Below, piece after piece: positions 18,236 to 27,916 of a DNA stretch of 54,166 nucleotides. Numbering within the stretch: position 1 is the stretch's first letter; each line of letters begins with the position of its first letter. A program made the position numbers and the translations under genes. This stretch comes from Candidatus Zipacnadia bacterium (GTDB taxonomy: Bacteria; Armatimonadota; Zipacnadia; Zipacnadales; UBA11051), in assembly GCA_029821145.1 (NCBI GenBank), contig JALGTY010000004.1:1-54166 (forward strand), written 5' to 3'. The notes below the pieces were generated by a model. The model was not told the DNA's origin, did no database searches, and was given only the letters and a program-made list of their open reading frames with translations.

Positions 18236-18303
18236 TGCATCACTTCCCCCTTGCGGGAGGGCTTAATCGTTGTGGAATGACTTGCAGCATACTGTTTATC
18301 GCA

Positions 18304-21147
18304 TTACGGGCTGATATTGAAGGTCCGCAGGACATTGGCAACCTGCCCGGTTTCCGGACACCGCGCGGTAATATGACAGATGTAACAGCCGCTTGGGACC
18401 GGGGCACCCTTCTGGTTCTGGCCGGCCCAAACCACACTGTTAGTGCCTTCGGGCGACATCCGGTTGGCGGCCACGCGCGCGACCGGCACGCCGGATATGT
18501 TGCGGATGACGATGTCAACATTAGCCGGTACGGTCAGGCTGTAGGTGATGGGGACCTGTCCGCCGCGAGCCTGCTGCGCGCTGAGGCTGGTCACCATGAG
18601 CGTATTGGGGCCACGCTGCCGAACGATCAGTTCGAATACTCGCGTCTCGTGGTCCTGTCTGGTGCGGTAGGTGTAGGAACTGGCGGTTCGCATGTAGCAG
18701 CGTCTGCCGGTGGCTGTATCAACAAGCGTGGGCACCAGGTCGCCGCCCATCGGCGCGAGGTCATCCCAACTGACCGTGACATCCTGGTCGGCAACGCCGG
18801 TGGAGACGGCAAAGCGCCAGGTCGTATTGGGGGCGGGTGGCCTCATGTCAACCAGCAAGCGGCCAGCCTCGTCCGCCGGCGCGTCACCACACAGGAAACC
18901 AGCATTGAGTGCCCTTGCGCCCTCGGCGACTGCCACCGGCGGCTGGGGCATGTCGTTGCGGTCGTAGCCGTCCTTGGCGCCCGGGCAGGTGCCGAAGGCA
19001 CGGTTGGTCCTGACCTGCTCGCCGGCAGTTACCGACAGCTTCACAGCCCAGCGGTCACGATCCGGTGCGGCGGCTGTCACCGGCTCCTGGGCGGCTACCG
19101 TGGCGGGGGAGAAGAGACTTGGCGGCGGGAACTGCAGAGTTATGTCGTCATAGCACAGCAGCCAATAGCCTTTGTACGGATCCAGCCGCGCCTCGGATAG
19201 CTCGGTGGACCACACGTAGTCATTGGCGAGCGGATCATATTCAAAGATGGTGGGCACCAGCAGCAGGCGGCTATAGGCCTCCCAGATCGAGTACTCGCCG
19301 CCGGCCGGCCCAATAACGCGGGCCTGGTCCAGACGCAAGGGTATGGTAAAGGGGTTGCCAATCTGGTTCCAGCCCGCCGGAAGGCGGATACTGTAGGTGC
19401 GTTCGGTAGATACAGGAACGGCGTCAAGGGGAAGTTCGACGGACTCGCGGGTCAGGTTCAGCAGCCAGAAGCCCACACCCGGCTCGATGTTGGTCGTACT
19501 GGGATCGGGGAACCAACGATACTGCCCAGTATGCGGGTCCCAGCGCACGATGGTAGCATTCCCGCCCGGCTGCAGACTACCCAGGTCCTGGAATACCCAC
19601 TCCGCATCCGTATTGCCGAATTCATAAGGTATGGAGACCATCTCCAGCCCGCGGGGCGACTCCAACGGATTGAGTACCGGCACGGCAGGGATGTTGATGA
19701 GTCGCTCCAGCACCTTGCCCTGCGGTCCGGTGAACTTGACCGAGTGGCGCCCCGGGCGAGCGGCAGTGGCCCGGATCATCCAACTGACCCACTTCAGTTC
19801 GTTGCGCCGCACTACGCCGACCGACTTCGTGGGGCTTTCGCCCTCCATTAGCTCCAGCCCAATAGGCAGCCGGATGCGGACGCTGGCGTCCAGTAGCGCC
19901 TCGGCCCCATAGTTATCTATGTAGGCTGCTATCGGGAAGGGGGAGCGGCCCTCGGAATCGCCGAGGTAATAATCCTCGACCACGTCTGGTGTGGCCGGGT
20001 CATCCCCGGTCTGTTGAATCAGCGAGGGAGGGGTATAGACCAGAAACGCATAGGGACGGTCATAGTCGGGAGTTGACATGCCCACACCGTAATAGGTGAC
20101 AAAGCGGCACGACTGGCCCGGTGATATCTCCTCGGGGTCCCACTTGACCGCATACCCCCAGTCTTCCCCCAGCAGCAAGGCTTGCGGATTCGGAGTGAAG
20201 TAGTATTGGCTGGACAGTCCCATGTTGCGCATCTGTCCCCAGGCAACCGAGTCAGGCAGGCCTGCGCTCTTGCTGGCCGGCCCGGCGTCCAAGACCTCCT
20301 GGGCGTTGATTACGCCGCGTATAGCTACGGTGGGAGCCATCGGGTCGTCGTATGTGACCCAGGTGTCCGGCAACAATTGGCCACCGAACGTAGTATCCGG
20401 CAACTTGGTTTCCCTGGTAATGGCGGTCCCGTCAGGCAGGATGATGGCCTGGCCGTCCTGCACGGCGGCACCACCAAAGATGCCGTCAAACACAATGCGG
20501 ACGCCGATACGTTGTTGCTGGGGGGTGGTGTTATAGACGATGTATTCGGCCTGCAAGGCGTCGCCGATGAGAGTAAGAGCCTGGCGCACTTCAATCCATG
20601 CCGTAGGAAGATCGTCTTCATCAAAAGCAACAGGCAGACGATAAATGCCAGTCAGATCTCTGGTACCGGCGACGGGAGCGGCGATCCAGTAGTTGGTCAG
20701 GGCGGCCGACGATTCTTGGGGATCCTGACTAGCCATCAGTTCGTGAATGTCGTAGAAGTACCCCAGGTCTTCGTCGTCCTCAACATCTTCAGCCTGTCGA
20801 GGATTTATGGCGATAGTGGTCTTGCTGGTAAAAGAGCCTCCCTGTGCGACGCTGGCGATGTTGCGGCTCTCGTCACCTGTGCGGGTGGGATCGCCCCCAA
20901 TAGGAGCTGCGGTGCCGGTCCAGAGCTGAAAGCGGCCGGCGGGGTAGTACATCCAGTCATCACCGGTTATCGTCAACGCGGGGTATTCCAGCTCCAGTCT
21001 GGTCAGCCCGCCTGGGTGCAGAACCGAGACAGTGTGGGTGGGCTGCTGGCAGAAGACGGGAGCCAGACTGACGAGCACCAGCACTAGAGTCCACAGCAGT
21101 ATGGTCTGCCGCGGAAGTTGTCGGTCAAGACTGGTTTGAGGGCCCAC
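18304..21147 (-). CDS. Large secreted protein of unknown function (947 aa) with shared C-terminal cassette and FlgD-Ig-like tail
   Basis: A signal-like segment (ILLWTLVLVLVSLAPVFCQ) is present. No family was recognised for aa 40-500. From about aa 501 onward it carries the IPYEF...GFWLL / GWNQIGNPF...GYWLL / W.VKL... / FlgD-Ig-like cassette (TYSLTVPANVDIVIRNISGVPVA...WAGQNQKGAPVPSGCY). Confidence 0.6.
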   Translation of the reverse strand: MGPQTSLDRQLPRQTILLWTLVLVLVSLAPVFCQQPTHTVSVLHPGGLTRLELEYPALTITGDDWMYYPAGRFQLWTGTAAPIGGDPTRTGDESRNIASVAQGGSFTSKTTIAINPRQAEDVEDDEDLGYFYDIHELMASQDPQESSAALTNYWIAAPVAGTRDLTGIYRLPVAFDEDDLPTAWIEVRQALTLIGDALQAEYIVYNTTPQQQRIGVRIVFDGIFGGAAVQDGQAIILPDGTAITRETKLPDTTFGGQLLPDTWVTYDDPMAPTVAIRGVINAQEVLDAGPASKSAGLPDSVAWGQMRNMGLSSQYYFTPNPQALLLGEDWGYAVKWDPEEISPGQSCRFVTYYGVGMSTPDYDRPYAFLVYTPPSLIQQTGDDPATPDVVEDYYLGDSEGRSPFPIAAYIDNYGAEALLDASVRIRLPIGLELMEGESPTKSVGVVRRNELKWVSWMIRATAARPGRHSVKFTGPQGKVLERLINIPAVPVLNPLESPRGLEMVSIPYEFGNTDAEWVFQDLGSLQPGGNATIVRWDPHTGQYRWFPDPSTTNIEPGVGFWLLNLTRESVELPLDAVPVSTERTYSIRLPAGWNQIGNPFTIPLRLDQARVIGPAGGEYSIWEAYSRLLLVPTIFEYDPLANDYVWSTELSEARLDPYKGYWLLCYDDITLQFPPPSLFSPATVAAQEPVTAAAPDRDRWAVKLSVTAGEQVRTNRAFGTCPGAKDGYDRNDMPQPPVAVAEGARALNAGFLCGDAPADEAGRLLVDMRPPAPNTTWRFAVSTGVADQDVTVSWDDLAPMGGDLVPTLVDTATGRRCYMRTASSYTYRTRQDHETRVFELIVRQRGPNTLMVTSLSAQQARGGQVPITYSLTVPANVDIVIRNISGVPVARVAANRMSPEGTNSVVWAGQNQKGAPVPSGCYICHITARCPETGQVANVLRTFNISP

Positions 21148-21178
21148 GCAACTTCAGCTCCTCTCGAAGGCCGATAGT

Positions 21179-24100
21179 TCACCTTATCTTATCGAAAAGT
21201 GCGATAGCCTGTACGGTCTGGCCTTCCGGGGTGCGCGCAGTCAAGCGCACCAGGTACCTGCCATTGGGAACTCTGGTGCCGCTGTGGTTGCGGCCATTCC
21301 AGGACATTGTTTGCGTCACGCCGGCGGCTGCTTCAGTCCGCGTCAGACGTGCGATCGGCAGCCCCGCTATGTTGCGGATATCGGCAGTAACAGTAGCAGC
21401 ACGCGTCAAGGTGTAACTGACAGTCACGCTACCGTCGGTGGCATTGGCCGTGTTAATGGCCGAGACGGCCAGGCTGCCCGACTGCGCAACGGTGCAGATT
21501 ATCCTGAAATGCCGTATCTCCTGTTCGTCGCCGGTCTGGAACGTATAGCCGCTGGTTGTACGCATGTAGATGTCGCGGTTGCCGTCCAGGTCGCGCAAGA
21601 TCAGCCGGACGTTTTTCGGCACCGTCCTATTGAGTTCCTCCCAGGCGAGGGTTACGGGAGCCCGTGACAAGGTGGAAGCGACTTCGATGTCCCACTCCTG
21701 GCGGGCGCTGAGGCTGCTTCGCACATCGCGCACATAGTGTCCAGCGCGGCTACCCCAGTCGGGCTGCGGCATGTACAGCGCGAGGCCCTGGGCCAGAGCA
21801 GGCGGCTCATTCAGGTCCAGACCGATGTCATAGCCCTGGGTGCCTTCAGGGTGTACGCCGATGTAGTTGACAGGGTCCTGGAACTGGCCGCTGTAAGCTG
21901 AGATCTTCAGTGTCCATTGATCCCTGGTAGGCACGTTACTTAACTTGGCGGGCCTGGGCCTCTCGACGACCGTAGTGGTCACTGCCGGGTTGTACATGAC
22001 CAGGGCGGCATCGCGCAACACGTGCACCCAGTAGCCGCGCATATACTCCAGTATGTCTTCAGACGGATCAGACGAGAATTGGTAGTAGCCGCCGGTGGTC
22101 GTGCTGACGAAGTCGAACAGCACCCCCTCGGTGATCGCGACGTCTTCAGACATCGCTTCGCGCAGGTCATAGCGCTGGCCATCGGCAATGAAGCTAACCG
22201 TGCCCCAGTCAACCACCGACTCATAGGGGTTACCGATGAGGTTCCAGCCGCGCGGCGAATCGGTTCCATAGATGAGATTGATTTGGTACGATGTCGTGTC
22301 GCTGAGGGGGCCGGCGCCGCCTGTGTTGAGGGTGCAGCGTTTGGGCAGGCGCACGAAGTATCCGAGGCCGGCAGGCGGGTGGCTGACTATGGGATCGGAG
22401 CCGCGCGCATCCGGCGGGTTGAAGGTGGCATATTCGTCCGGATAGATGTGATACTTGACCGGCCGGGCGTCGTCGGGCACCCAGCGCGCCAGTTGCAACT
22501 CGTCGTATGGTATGCCGAATACCAGAGAGGGGTCCGCGTTGACCAGACCCGCATAGGGTAAGCTTATCAGGTGCAATCCGGCGTCAATTGATGGAGCCGC
22601 GACGCGGAAACTGGTCACCGCGGGTGTGGCCGCGTTACCATCATAGTCACTGGCGACAATAGTCAGAGTGTGTTGGCTGCGGGTAAGCTCCGCCCCGGCC
22701 GGCACCGTGTATGTGAGCAGGCCGTTGCTGGGCACATAGTCCCCGCTCACCAGATTGCCATCCAATCGGATCTCAATTGTGGTCTCGTCCACGCCGCTGC
22801 CGACATCGGTGATGGTGGCGATTATCGTTGGTGTGGCGTCGGTGATTGTGCTGCCATTGCGCGGGAAACTGATGCTGATCTGTGGCGGGGTGTTGTCGGT
22901 GCCGACACGCAGTCTCAGCCGTCCGTGGCCGTAGGTGTTGTCGGGTATCGGCTGGTTGGTGGACGGGTCGGTTTGCAGCATATGCTTGGCGGCCAGCTCC
23001 TGCAGTGTAGCGGCGAGCATGACCGGGGTATTGGTGCTGTCCTCATCCAGCAGCAGTGCAGCGGCGCCGGCGACGTGCGGTGCCGCTGCCGAGGTGCCGA
23101 CGAACGGATCGTACGCCGTTTCGACCAGGCTGGTGGTCACAAAATCGGGAGCTGACAGATCGGGCTTCGGCAGACCGCTAAGCGAGGGGCCGCGCGAGCT
23201 GAATTCTTCAATCTGATCTATGGGCAGCACCGGCTCGGCCCCCACGATGCGCAAGGAGCCGCGCGTGGCGCCGACGGTGAACGAGCCACTGGCTTCGGCA
23301 GGAACCGGCAGACTGTGCTCGAGTACTTGGTGTATGCCCTCTACATCAACATCAGGCAGGAAAAGCTGGAAATGGTCATCGGCAGGAATTGAGTCGAGTG
23401 ACATGCGTTCAATGCGCAGAGAGTAGACGCCGGCCTCAGACAGGTACGCTATCAGCATCTCATCAGGCGGATCATCGCCGTTCTGTGTCACCGCGGACCT
23501 GGTAACCTCGGTGCCGCTCGCGTCCAACAGCACCAGATCATAGTCATGGTTGGTGGTGGCGCCGGCGGTCTGATACCAACTCAGGAACGCCTGAAATCTG
23601 CCGGCGGGCAGGCTGAGGTTCATATCCTGATCACCAAAGCCCCACTCGTGGAGTCGGTCGCTGTTGCTGTCGCTCCAGTCGCCTTCGTAATGACGCTGGG
23701 CGTGGTTACCGGCGGCATTTACCCAGAAAACTCCCGAGTTCCATGCCATATTGACTTTCTGCGATATCGCGTGAGTGCCATCGTAGGGGCCCTCAAAGAT
23801 CCCCGCTGACATCACCGCAACGCCAAAACTATTGTCCCGCACATAGTTGATGGCCTGCTCGATGGCGAGGTTGGTGTCAACTGCAAGCAGATATATCTCG
23901 GCCCCGGGGGCCATATCGGCGACCACTTCGGCCACTGCTGTACCGTGCTGCGACCCGCCCATGCCGCCGCCAGTAAACGATATTGTACGCCCAGAACCCT
24001 CACCGACGCCGGGGATCTCTGCTTCGTCGTAGCCGCCAAAGCCGGTGTCTATGACCGCAACTTTGACGCCTGAGCCGGTGATGCCATTGGTGTGCATCGC

Positions 24101-24556
24101 AGTGGCGGCCGTGAGTTGGACGCCTTCGGAGGAGGTCCCCCCGTAGCCCTGCAGCGGCACCGGCCTACGCGGCAGGCGAACCTGCGCCACCTCAGCAAGC
24201 TCGGCAACCGCGTTCAAGGAGCCGGTGGGCAGCCAAGCCTGGACGCGTCTGTCCATACGAATGTCCACCCGGCCGCCATACGCAGCTAAGTTGGTTGAGA
24301 ACGCCGCGAGAGGAGTGCGAAAGATGATTTCAACCTGCACTCGGCCGCCCTGGATACGCACCAGTGGGCTAACAGCGGCCGGCGCCGCCCGGCCTGAGGC
24401 CGCGGCAGCAGCAACTGCGCGCAGCGGGCCAGCCAGGTCGTCAGAGACCTTGGGGGCTGCCTCGGTCGGTGCGCCGCATGCCAAAAGCAGTGCGACCAGA
24501 GCGATTGCACAGGCACTTTGCAGGCGAGCTTTTGCAGGGCGGCTATGATGCCTCAA
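21179..24556 (-). CDS. Secreted subtilisin-like serine protease (peptidase S8) with Ig-like repeats and the shared C-terminal cassette
   Basis: Catalytic-triad motifs are VKVAVIDTG (Asp170), HGTAVAEV (His204) and GTSAAAPHVAGAAALL (Ser489), with AAGN as the oxyanion Asn. The start is TTG after GAGGAGGAGG. The C-terminus is FlgD-Ig-like (VSYTLTRAATVTADIRNIAGLPIA...WNGRNHSGTRVPNGRY). Confidence 0.85.
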   Translation of the reverse strand: MRHHSRPAKARLQSACAIALVALLLACGAPTEAAPKVSDDLAGPLRAVAAAAASGRAAPAAVSPLVRIQGGRVQVEIIFRTPLAAFSTNLAAYGGRVDIRMDRRVQAWLPTGSLNAVAELAEVAQVRLPRRPVPLQGYGGTSSEGVQLTAATAMHTNGITGSGVKVAVIDTGFGGYDEAEIPGVGEGSGRTISFTGGGMGGSQHGTAVAEVVADMAPGAEIYLLAVDTNLAIEQAINYVRDNSFGVAVMSAGIFEGPYDGTHAISQKVNMAWNSGVFWVNAAGNHAQRHYEGDWSDSNSDRLHEWGFGDQDMNLSLPAGRFQAFLSWYQTAGATTNHDYDLVLLDASGTEVTRSAVTQNGDDPPDEMLIAYLSEAGVYSLRIERMSLDSIPADDHFQLFLPDVDVEGIHQVLEHSLPVPAEASGSFTVGATRGSLRIVGAEPVLPIDQIEEFSSRGPSLSGLPKPDLSAPDFVTTSLVETAYDPFVGTSAAAPHVAGAAALLLDEDSTNTPVMLAATLQELAAKHMLQTDPSTNQPIPDNTYGHGRLRLRVGTDNTPPQISISFPRNGSTITDATPTIIATITDVGSGVDETTIEIRLDGNLVSGDYVPSNGLLTYTVPAGAELTRSQHTLTIVASDYDGNAATPAVTSFRVAAPSIDAGLHLISLPYAGLVNADPSLVFGIPYDELQLARWVPDDARPVKYHIYPDEYATFNPPDARGSDPIVSHPPAGLGYFVRLPKRCTLNTGGAGPLSDTTSYQINLIYGTDSPRGWNLIGNPYESVVDWGTVSFIADGQRYDLREAMSEDVAITEGVLFDFVSTTTGGYYQFSSDPSEDILEYMRGYWVHVLRDAALVMYNPAVTTTVVERPRPAKLSNVPTRDQWTLKISAYSGQFQDPVNYIGVHPEGTQGYDIGLDLNEPPALAQGLALYMPQPDWGSRAGHYVRDVRSSLSARQEWDIEVASTLSRAPVTLAWEELNRTVPKNVRLILRDLDGNRDIYMRTTSGYTFQTGDEQEIRHFRIICTVAQSGSLAVSAINTANATDGSVTVSYTLTRAATVTADIRNIAGLPIARLTRTEAAAGVTQTMSWNGRNHSGTRVPNGRYLVRLTARTPEGQTVQAIALFDKIR

Positions 24557-24635
24557 TAGGATTCCTCCTCCTCACTGTGAGGCGCCGGCACCTGCCCTGC
24601 GCTGCACAGCGTGGTGGCATCAGATGATATGTTTG

Positions 24636-25859
24636 TTATGGTCTACTCTTTGCAGCACAGACAGTCTCAGCCGCCGCGCTGCACGGGACTTGTATTGTCG
24701 AACCGATAAGCTGGCTCTTGCTGATCTCGTAGTAGGCCTGTAGAAACTCGGCCCACCCGGTCTCAGCAGCCAGACGATAAGTGCTCCCGTAATGTGGTGG
24801 GACCTGTTCCCACGTGGCCGGGAAGAAAATCCCCAGATTGCCCACATGGACATTTGCATTCGTCGCTTGTCGGCCGGTGCCCGGGACTATCGCGCGCTCC
24901 AGGCTTGCCTCCAATTCGCCGGCACGCTGCGAGACTTCCCTGGTGGCGGCCATTTCGTGCAGCAGGCGGGCCAGATACAGCAGATCGCACATCTCGTCTC
25001 TGTATCCCCAGTTGGGACTGCGGCTGCGTACCAAGCGTAGTGCGGGCGCATTGGCACGCGCATCCCCATTCAATGCCTCGACCAGAGCCTTCAAACGTGT
25101 TGCGACATCAGCCACGGCCCGCAGATCAACCCGTCCAAGCGCATGCTCATACTCGGCATACAGCGCCACGACAGCCGCACGTCCGTCATCACAGCCGTTC
25201 AATCGCGCCAGTACCTGCGCCCAAGGCAGACCCGGACTCGGCACGCGGTCGGGCGAGGCTACCAGGTAATTGGCCGTCTGCCGCAGGCTGTAGGCCACTT
25301 CAATACTTGCGGCGTAGCACGCCTCCAGAGATACCAACTCAACGGGCCTGTCCGTCGCATGGCTCTCGGCAAGGGCGGCGGACAACTCAGCGATACTTAG
25401 TGTATCGTTGCTGCCACCATCAAAGACCACGCCGCTAAGGTTCGGCACGAGGGTCGCCAGCCCGGTACCGTGGCCCATAACGATGAGCAGATAACGGTCT
25501 GCCGACAGATTGCCGCGTGCCCATTTCAAGAAGCGGGTCAATGTCGGCTGTGCGCCCATATTGACAACGCCTAGCGGCTGCCAGTTGGCGTGATTGCCGG
25601 ACACGGCCAGCCACCTGGCACAGACGTATGGTCCGTCCATCTGCACCGCAGCGCTGCAACAGCCGTCTGCGGCGGCTTCCATTATGGCCTGCCAGTAGGC
25701 CGCGGCTTCCTGCTCAAGCCCGCCCTGTCCGCTCAGGTACGCCATTACACCCCATTTCGGGCGCGTCGCGGCGAATGCATTGTCAAGGAGCAACACTGAA
25801 CATACTGCAAACACGACGAATACGAGTCCCGCCCGCCTGGGCGGCCGTGGCCATTGCAT
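24636..25859 (-). CDS. Clostripain-like cysteine peptidase (family C11), secreted
   Basis: KWGVMAYLSGQGGLE, the His motif LLIVMGHGTG and the Cys motif VSLEACYAASIEV fit the C11 His/Cys dyad. The ATG at 25859 lies 13 nt after the upstream stop and is preceded by GGAG. Confidence 0.65.
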   Translation of the reverse strand: MQWPRPPRRAGLVFVVFAVCSVLLLDNAFAATRPKWGVMAYLSGQGGLEQEAAAYWQAIMEAAADGCCSAAVQMDGPYVCARWLAVSGNHANWQPLGVVNMGAQPTLTRFLKWARGNLSADRYLLIVMGHGTGLATLVPNLSGVVFDGGSNDTLSIAELSAALAESHATDRPVELVSLEACYAASIEVAYSLRQTANYLVASPDRVPSPGLPWAQVLARLNGCDDGRAAVVALYAEYEHALGRVDLRAVADVATRLKALVEALNGDARANAPALRLVRSRSPNWGYRDEMCDLLYLARLLHEMAATREVSQRAGELEASLERAIVPGTGRQATNANVHVGNLGIFFPATWEQVPPHYGSTYRLAAETGWAEFLQAYYEISKSQLIGSTIQVPCSAAAETVCAAKSRP

Positions 25860-25872
25860 GGTCGGCTCCGGG

Positions 25873-27795
25873 TCAGCGGCCAACGCTGCCGTGCTTGACT
25901 CGCCAGAAGCCGGGCTTGCGGGTGGCCGGTTTCGTGTTGTCTTTGTTAAGGTCCAAGGTGCCCGGAGGCCCTAGGACGGTCTGGAATTCCCGCATTTGAC
26001 TGTACAGGTAGCCGACCTTATCGAGGTCCCTGTTGTGCGGGTCGGCTGCGTCGCCGCTGGCCCTGGCCCCGACACGCCAGTAATAGGTCGTGTCCGGAGT
26101 GAGCCCGTCAGCCGGATCGGCGACGGTGAAGGAGGCGCTCATTGTGGTGGCGCCGCCGCTGGCGCGGAGTTCTCCGCTCTGCCAGTAGAGATTGCCCCTG
26201 CCGTTGGGATCGGTGGGGCCGAACAGTTCGACGTTGTAGATGTCCGCGCCCGTGGTCACCTGCCAGGTGAAGCGGATGTTGTCGGTAGCCTGGTTTGGTG
26301 CGCCGTGAGCCGGGCTGGAAAGCTGTGGTGGCAAGAAGTATGTGATCGGCCCGAAATGGTTGCTGGCTTCGGACAAGCCGGAGCCGCCTTCCACCTCGAG
26401 TTCGAAGGTCGCCTCCACCGGCTCCTCAGCCTGCTCGGTGGCTATCGGCGGGTTGAAGCCCGGTGGGCGCTCGGGCTCAATTATTCTGCGCACGGTATAG
26501 TAATACCTGGTGCCCGGGCTCATTGGCAAGTGGTTCCATGAGGCGGTGACGTCGGCTTCTTCCTGTTCGCCTTCCTCGACAAAATAGAAGTATGTGAATT
26601 CGAAGTCCTCGATATATTCAGTGAGATTGGGGTCGTCACTGTAGCGATTGGAGGGCAGGTCTTTGCCCTCGAATACATCAATCATGTTGTGAGCAGCGGG
26701 CACGAAGTAAGGGCTGTTACCCCGGTAAATGACCCAGCCGTGAGTTCTTTCCCGTTCGGTATTGTCCGAATGGACCTTCAGAACGATGGCGGGAGCCGCG
26801 CCGCATGTCGCCTGAGAGAGGTTGCCGGTAAGCTCGGAGGCACTGGCGATCGAGGTGCCGGTGCCAACGGTGTAGATGCCCAGCAGCAGACCAACAGCGG
26901 CGATCATCTGGACGAGGTTCTTTCGAGACTTGCTGCGCTGTTCGGCCTTCTTGCGAACAGGCGGCTTGTACAGCTTATACACCCTGTCACCCGTCTGAGG
27001 GACAGACCCCTCGACAACATTACCCCAGGCCATGTTGGTGTCCACTTCCCCCACCGATATTATACCAACACGCCGCATAACTACCTTTTCCAGATCCGCA
27101 GACCAGGTGGGGCGCATTACAAGGAACTCGGTGCCGATCTCGATACCATCGCCGATGCCCAGGCCGATGTTTACTTCGCCGCGGTCGGTTACCAGGTCCA
27201 CGTGTCCGCGGCGCACCCGCCTGGCCATCATCTGGGTCACGGCGGTCTCGGCCGCGGCGCGCATGGCGTCGTTGACAACCTTGGTGATATCACCGCTCCA
27301 GCCGGGTATCGGACTGGTGCTTACGGTTGCCACCGCGCCATCCAGAAAGTCCTGCACGGTGACGCTAAGCATCTTGATCTCAATACTGCAGCGGGCCTGG
27401 CCGGTACTCTTGTTGACAGACAGCTCGCTGATGGTGCCGGTGAGGACTCTCTCGACCCTTAGTGCCTCGCCAAGCCTCACCTGCTCAACCTTGGAGACCG
27501 GCGATTGCATGCCCAAGGCGGCCATGTCCCGGTTCAGATCCAGGGTCGAGGTGACCAGGAATTCTCGTGAGCCCTCCAGCGAAAGTGCGACCGCCGCCGC
27601 AGCTTTGTCCGGCAGCAGCGGGTCATCGTGGCCTGTAACATTAGCGAAGGGCAGCACCACACAGGAGGTAACGGTTCGTCCCACACCTGACGCTGCCGTT
27701 CGCTGGCCGAAGGACATGCCGCAGGGAAGAATTATCGCTGCGATGAGAAAGTAAACCAGCTTGCGCATTATCAAACTTCTTCGAATGTACTGCAT
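25873..27795 (-). CDS. Envelope protein: signal peptide + CsgG/LpoB/TolB-N-like domain + beta-rich domain + TM helix + two FN3-like domains
   Basis: MQYIRRSLIMRKLVYFLIAAIILPCGMSFG, then CVVLPFANVTGHDD...ERVLTGTISE. A K/R-rich stretch (KPPVRKKAEQRSKSRKN) precedes the TM helix LVQMIAAVGLLLGIYTV. FN3-like segments follow (YYYTVRRI; IRFTWQV...YYWRVGAR). The start is set at the ATG at 27795 after GGAGGGAGAG. Confidence 0.55.
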   Translation of the reverse strand: MQYIRRSLIMRKLVYFLIAAIILPCGMSFGQRTAASGVGRTVTSCVVLPFANVTGHDDPLLPDKAAAAVALSLEGSREFLVTSTLDLNRDMAALGMQSPVSKVEQVRLGEALRVERVLTGTISELSVNKSTGQARCSIEIKMLSVTVQDFLDGAVATVSTSPIPGWSGDITKVVNDAMRAAAETAVTQMMARRVRRGHVDLVTDRGEVNIGLGIGDGIEIGTEFLVMRPTWSADLEKVVMRRVGIISVGEVDTNMAWGNVVEGSVPQTGDRVYKLYKPPVRKKAEQRSKSRKNLVQMIAAVGLLLGIYTVGTGTSIASASELTGNLSQATCGAAPAIVLKVHSDNTERERTHGWVIYRGNSPYFVPAAHNMIDVFEGKDLPSNRYSDDPNLTEYIEDFEFTYFYFVEEGEQEEADVTASWNHLPMSPGTRYYYTVRRIIEPERPPGFNPPIATEQAEEPVEATFELEVEGGSGLSEASNHFGPITYFLPPQLSSPAHGAPNQATDNIRFTWQVTTGADIYNVELFGPTDPNGRGNLYWQSGELRASGGATTMSASFTVADPADGLTPDTTYYWRVGARASGDAADPHNRDLDKVGYLYSQMREFQTVLGPPGTLDLNKDNTKPATRKPGFWRVKHGSVGR

Positions 27796-27916
27796 CGAGA
27801 TAGCTCTCCCTCCGACGCAGACGCAGAGATGATGTGAGCGACTGCTGCCACTCAGACAGTATAGCATACGTCATTTGGTCTGTAAAAGTCCTACCCGTCG
27901 CGCTATTGCAGGCCTG

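Noticed and set aside
18226-21087. Long plus-strand ORFs (18226..19200, 20182..21087) opposite the 947-aa gene, and similar ones at 26689..27462, 27032..27754, 31100..31981, 11366..12154 and 37111..37899
   Set aside because: These are antisense shadow ORFs of high-GC coding regions. They are Arg/Gly/Ala/Pro-rich with no recognisable motifs, and each lies fully within a well-supported gene on the other strand.
25860-25883. TTG start at 25883 for the C11 peptidase, overlapping the upstream gene by 11 nt
   Set aside because: The ATG at 25859 has a GGAG RBS and begins directly at the basic n-region of the signal peptide. The overlap start is not excluded.
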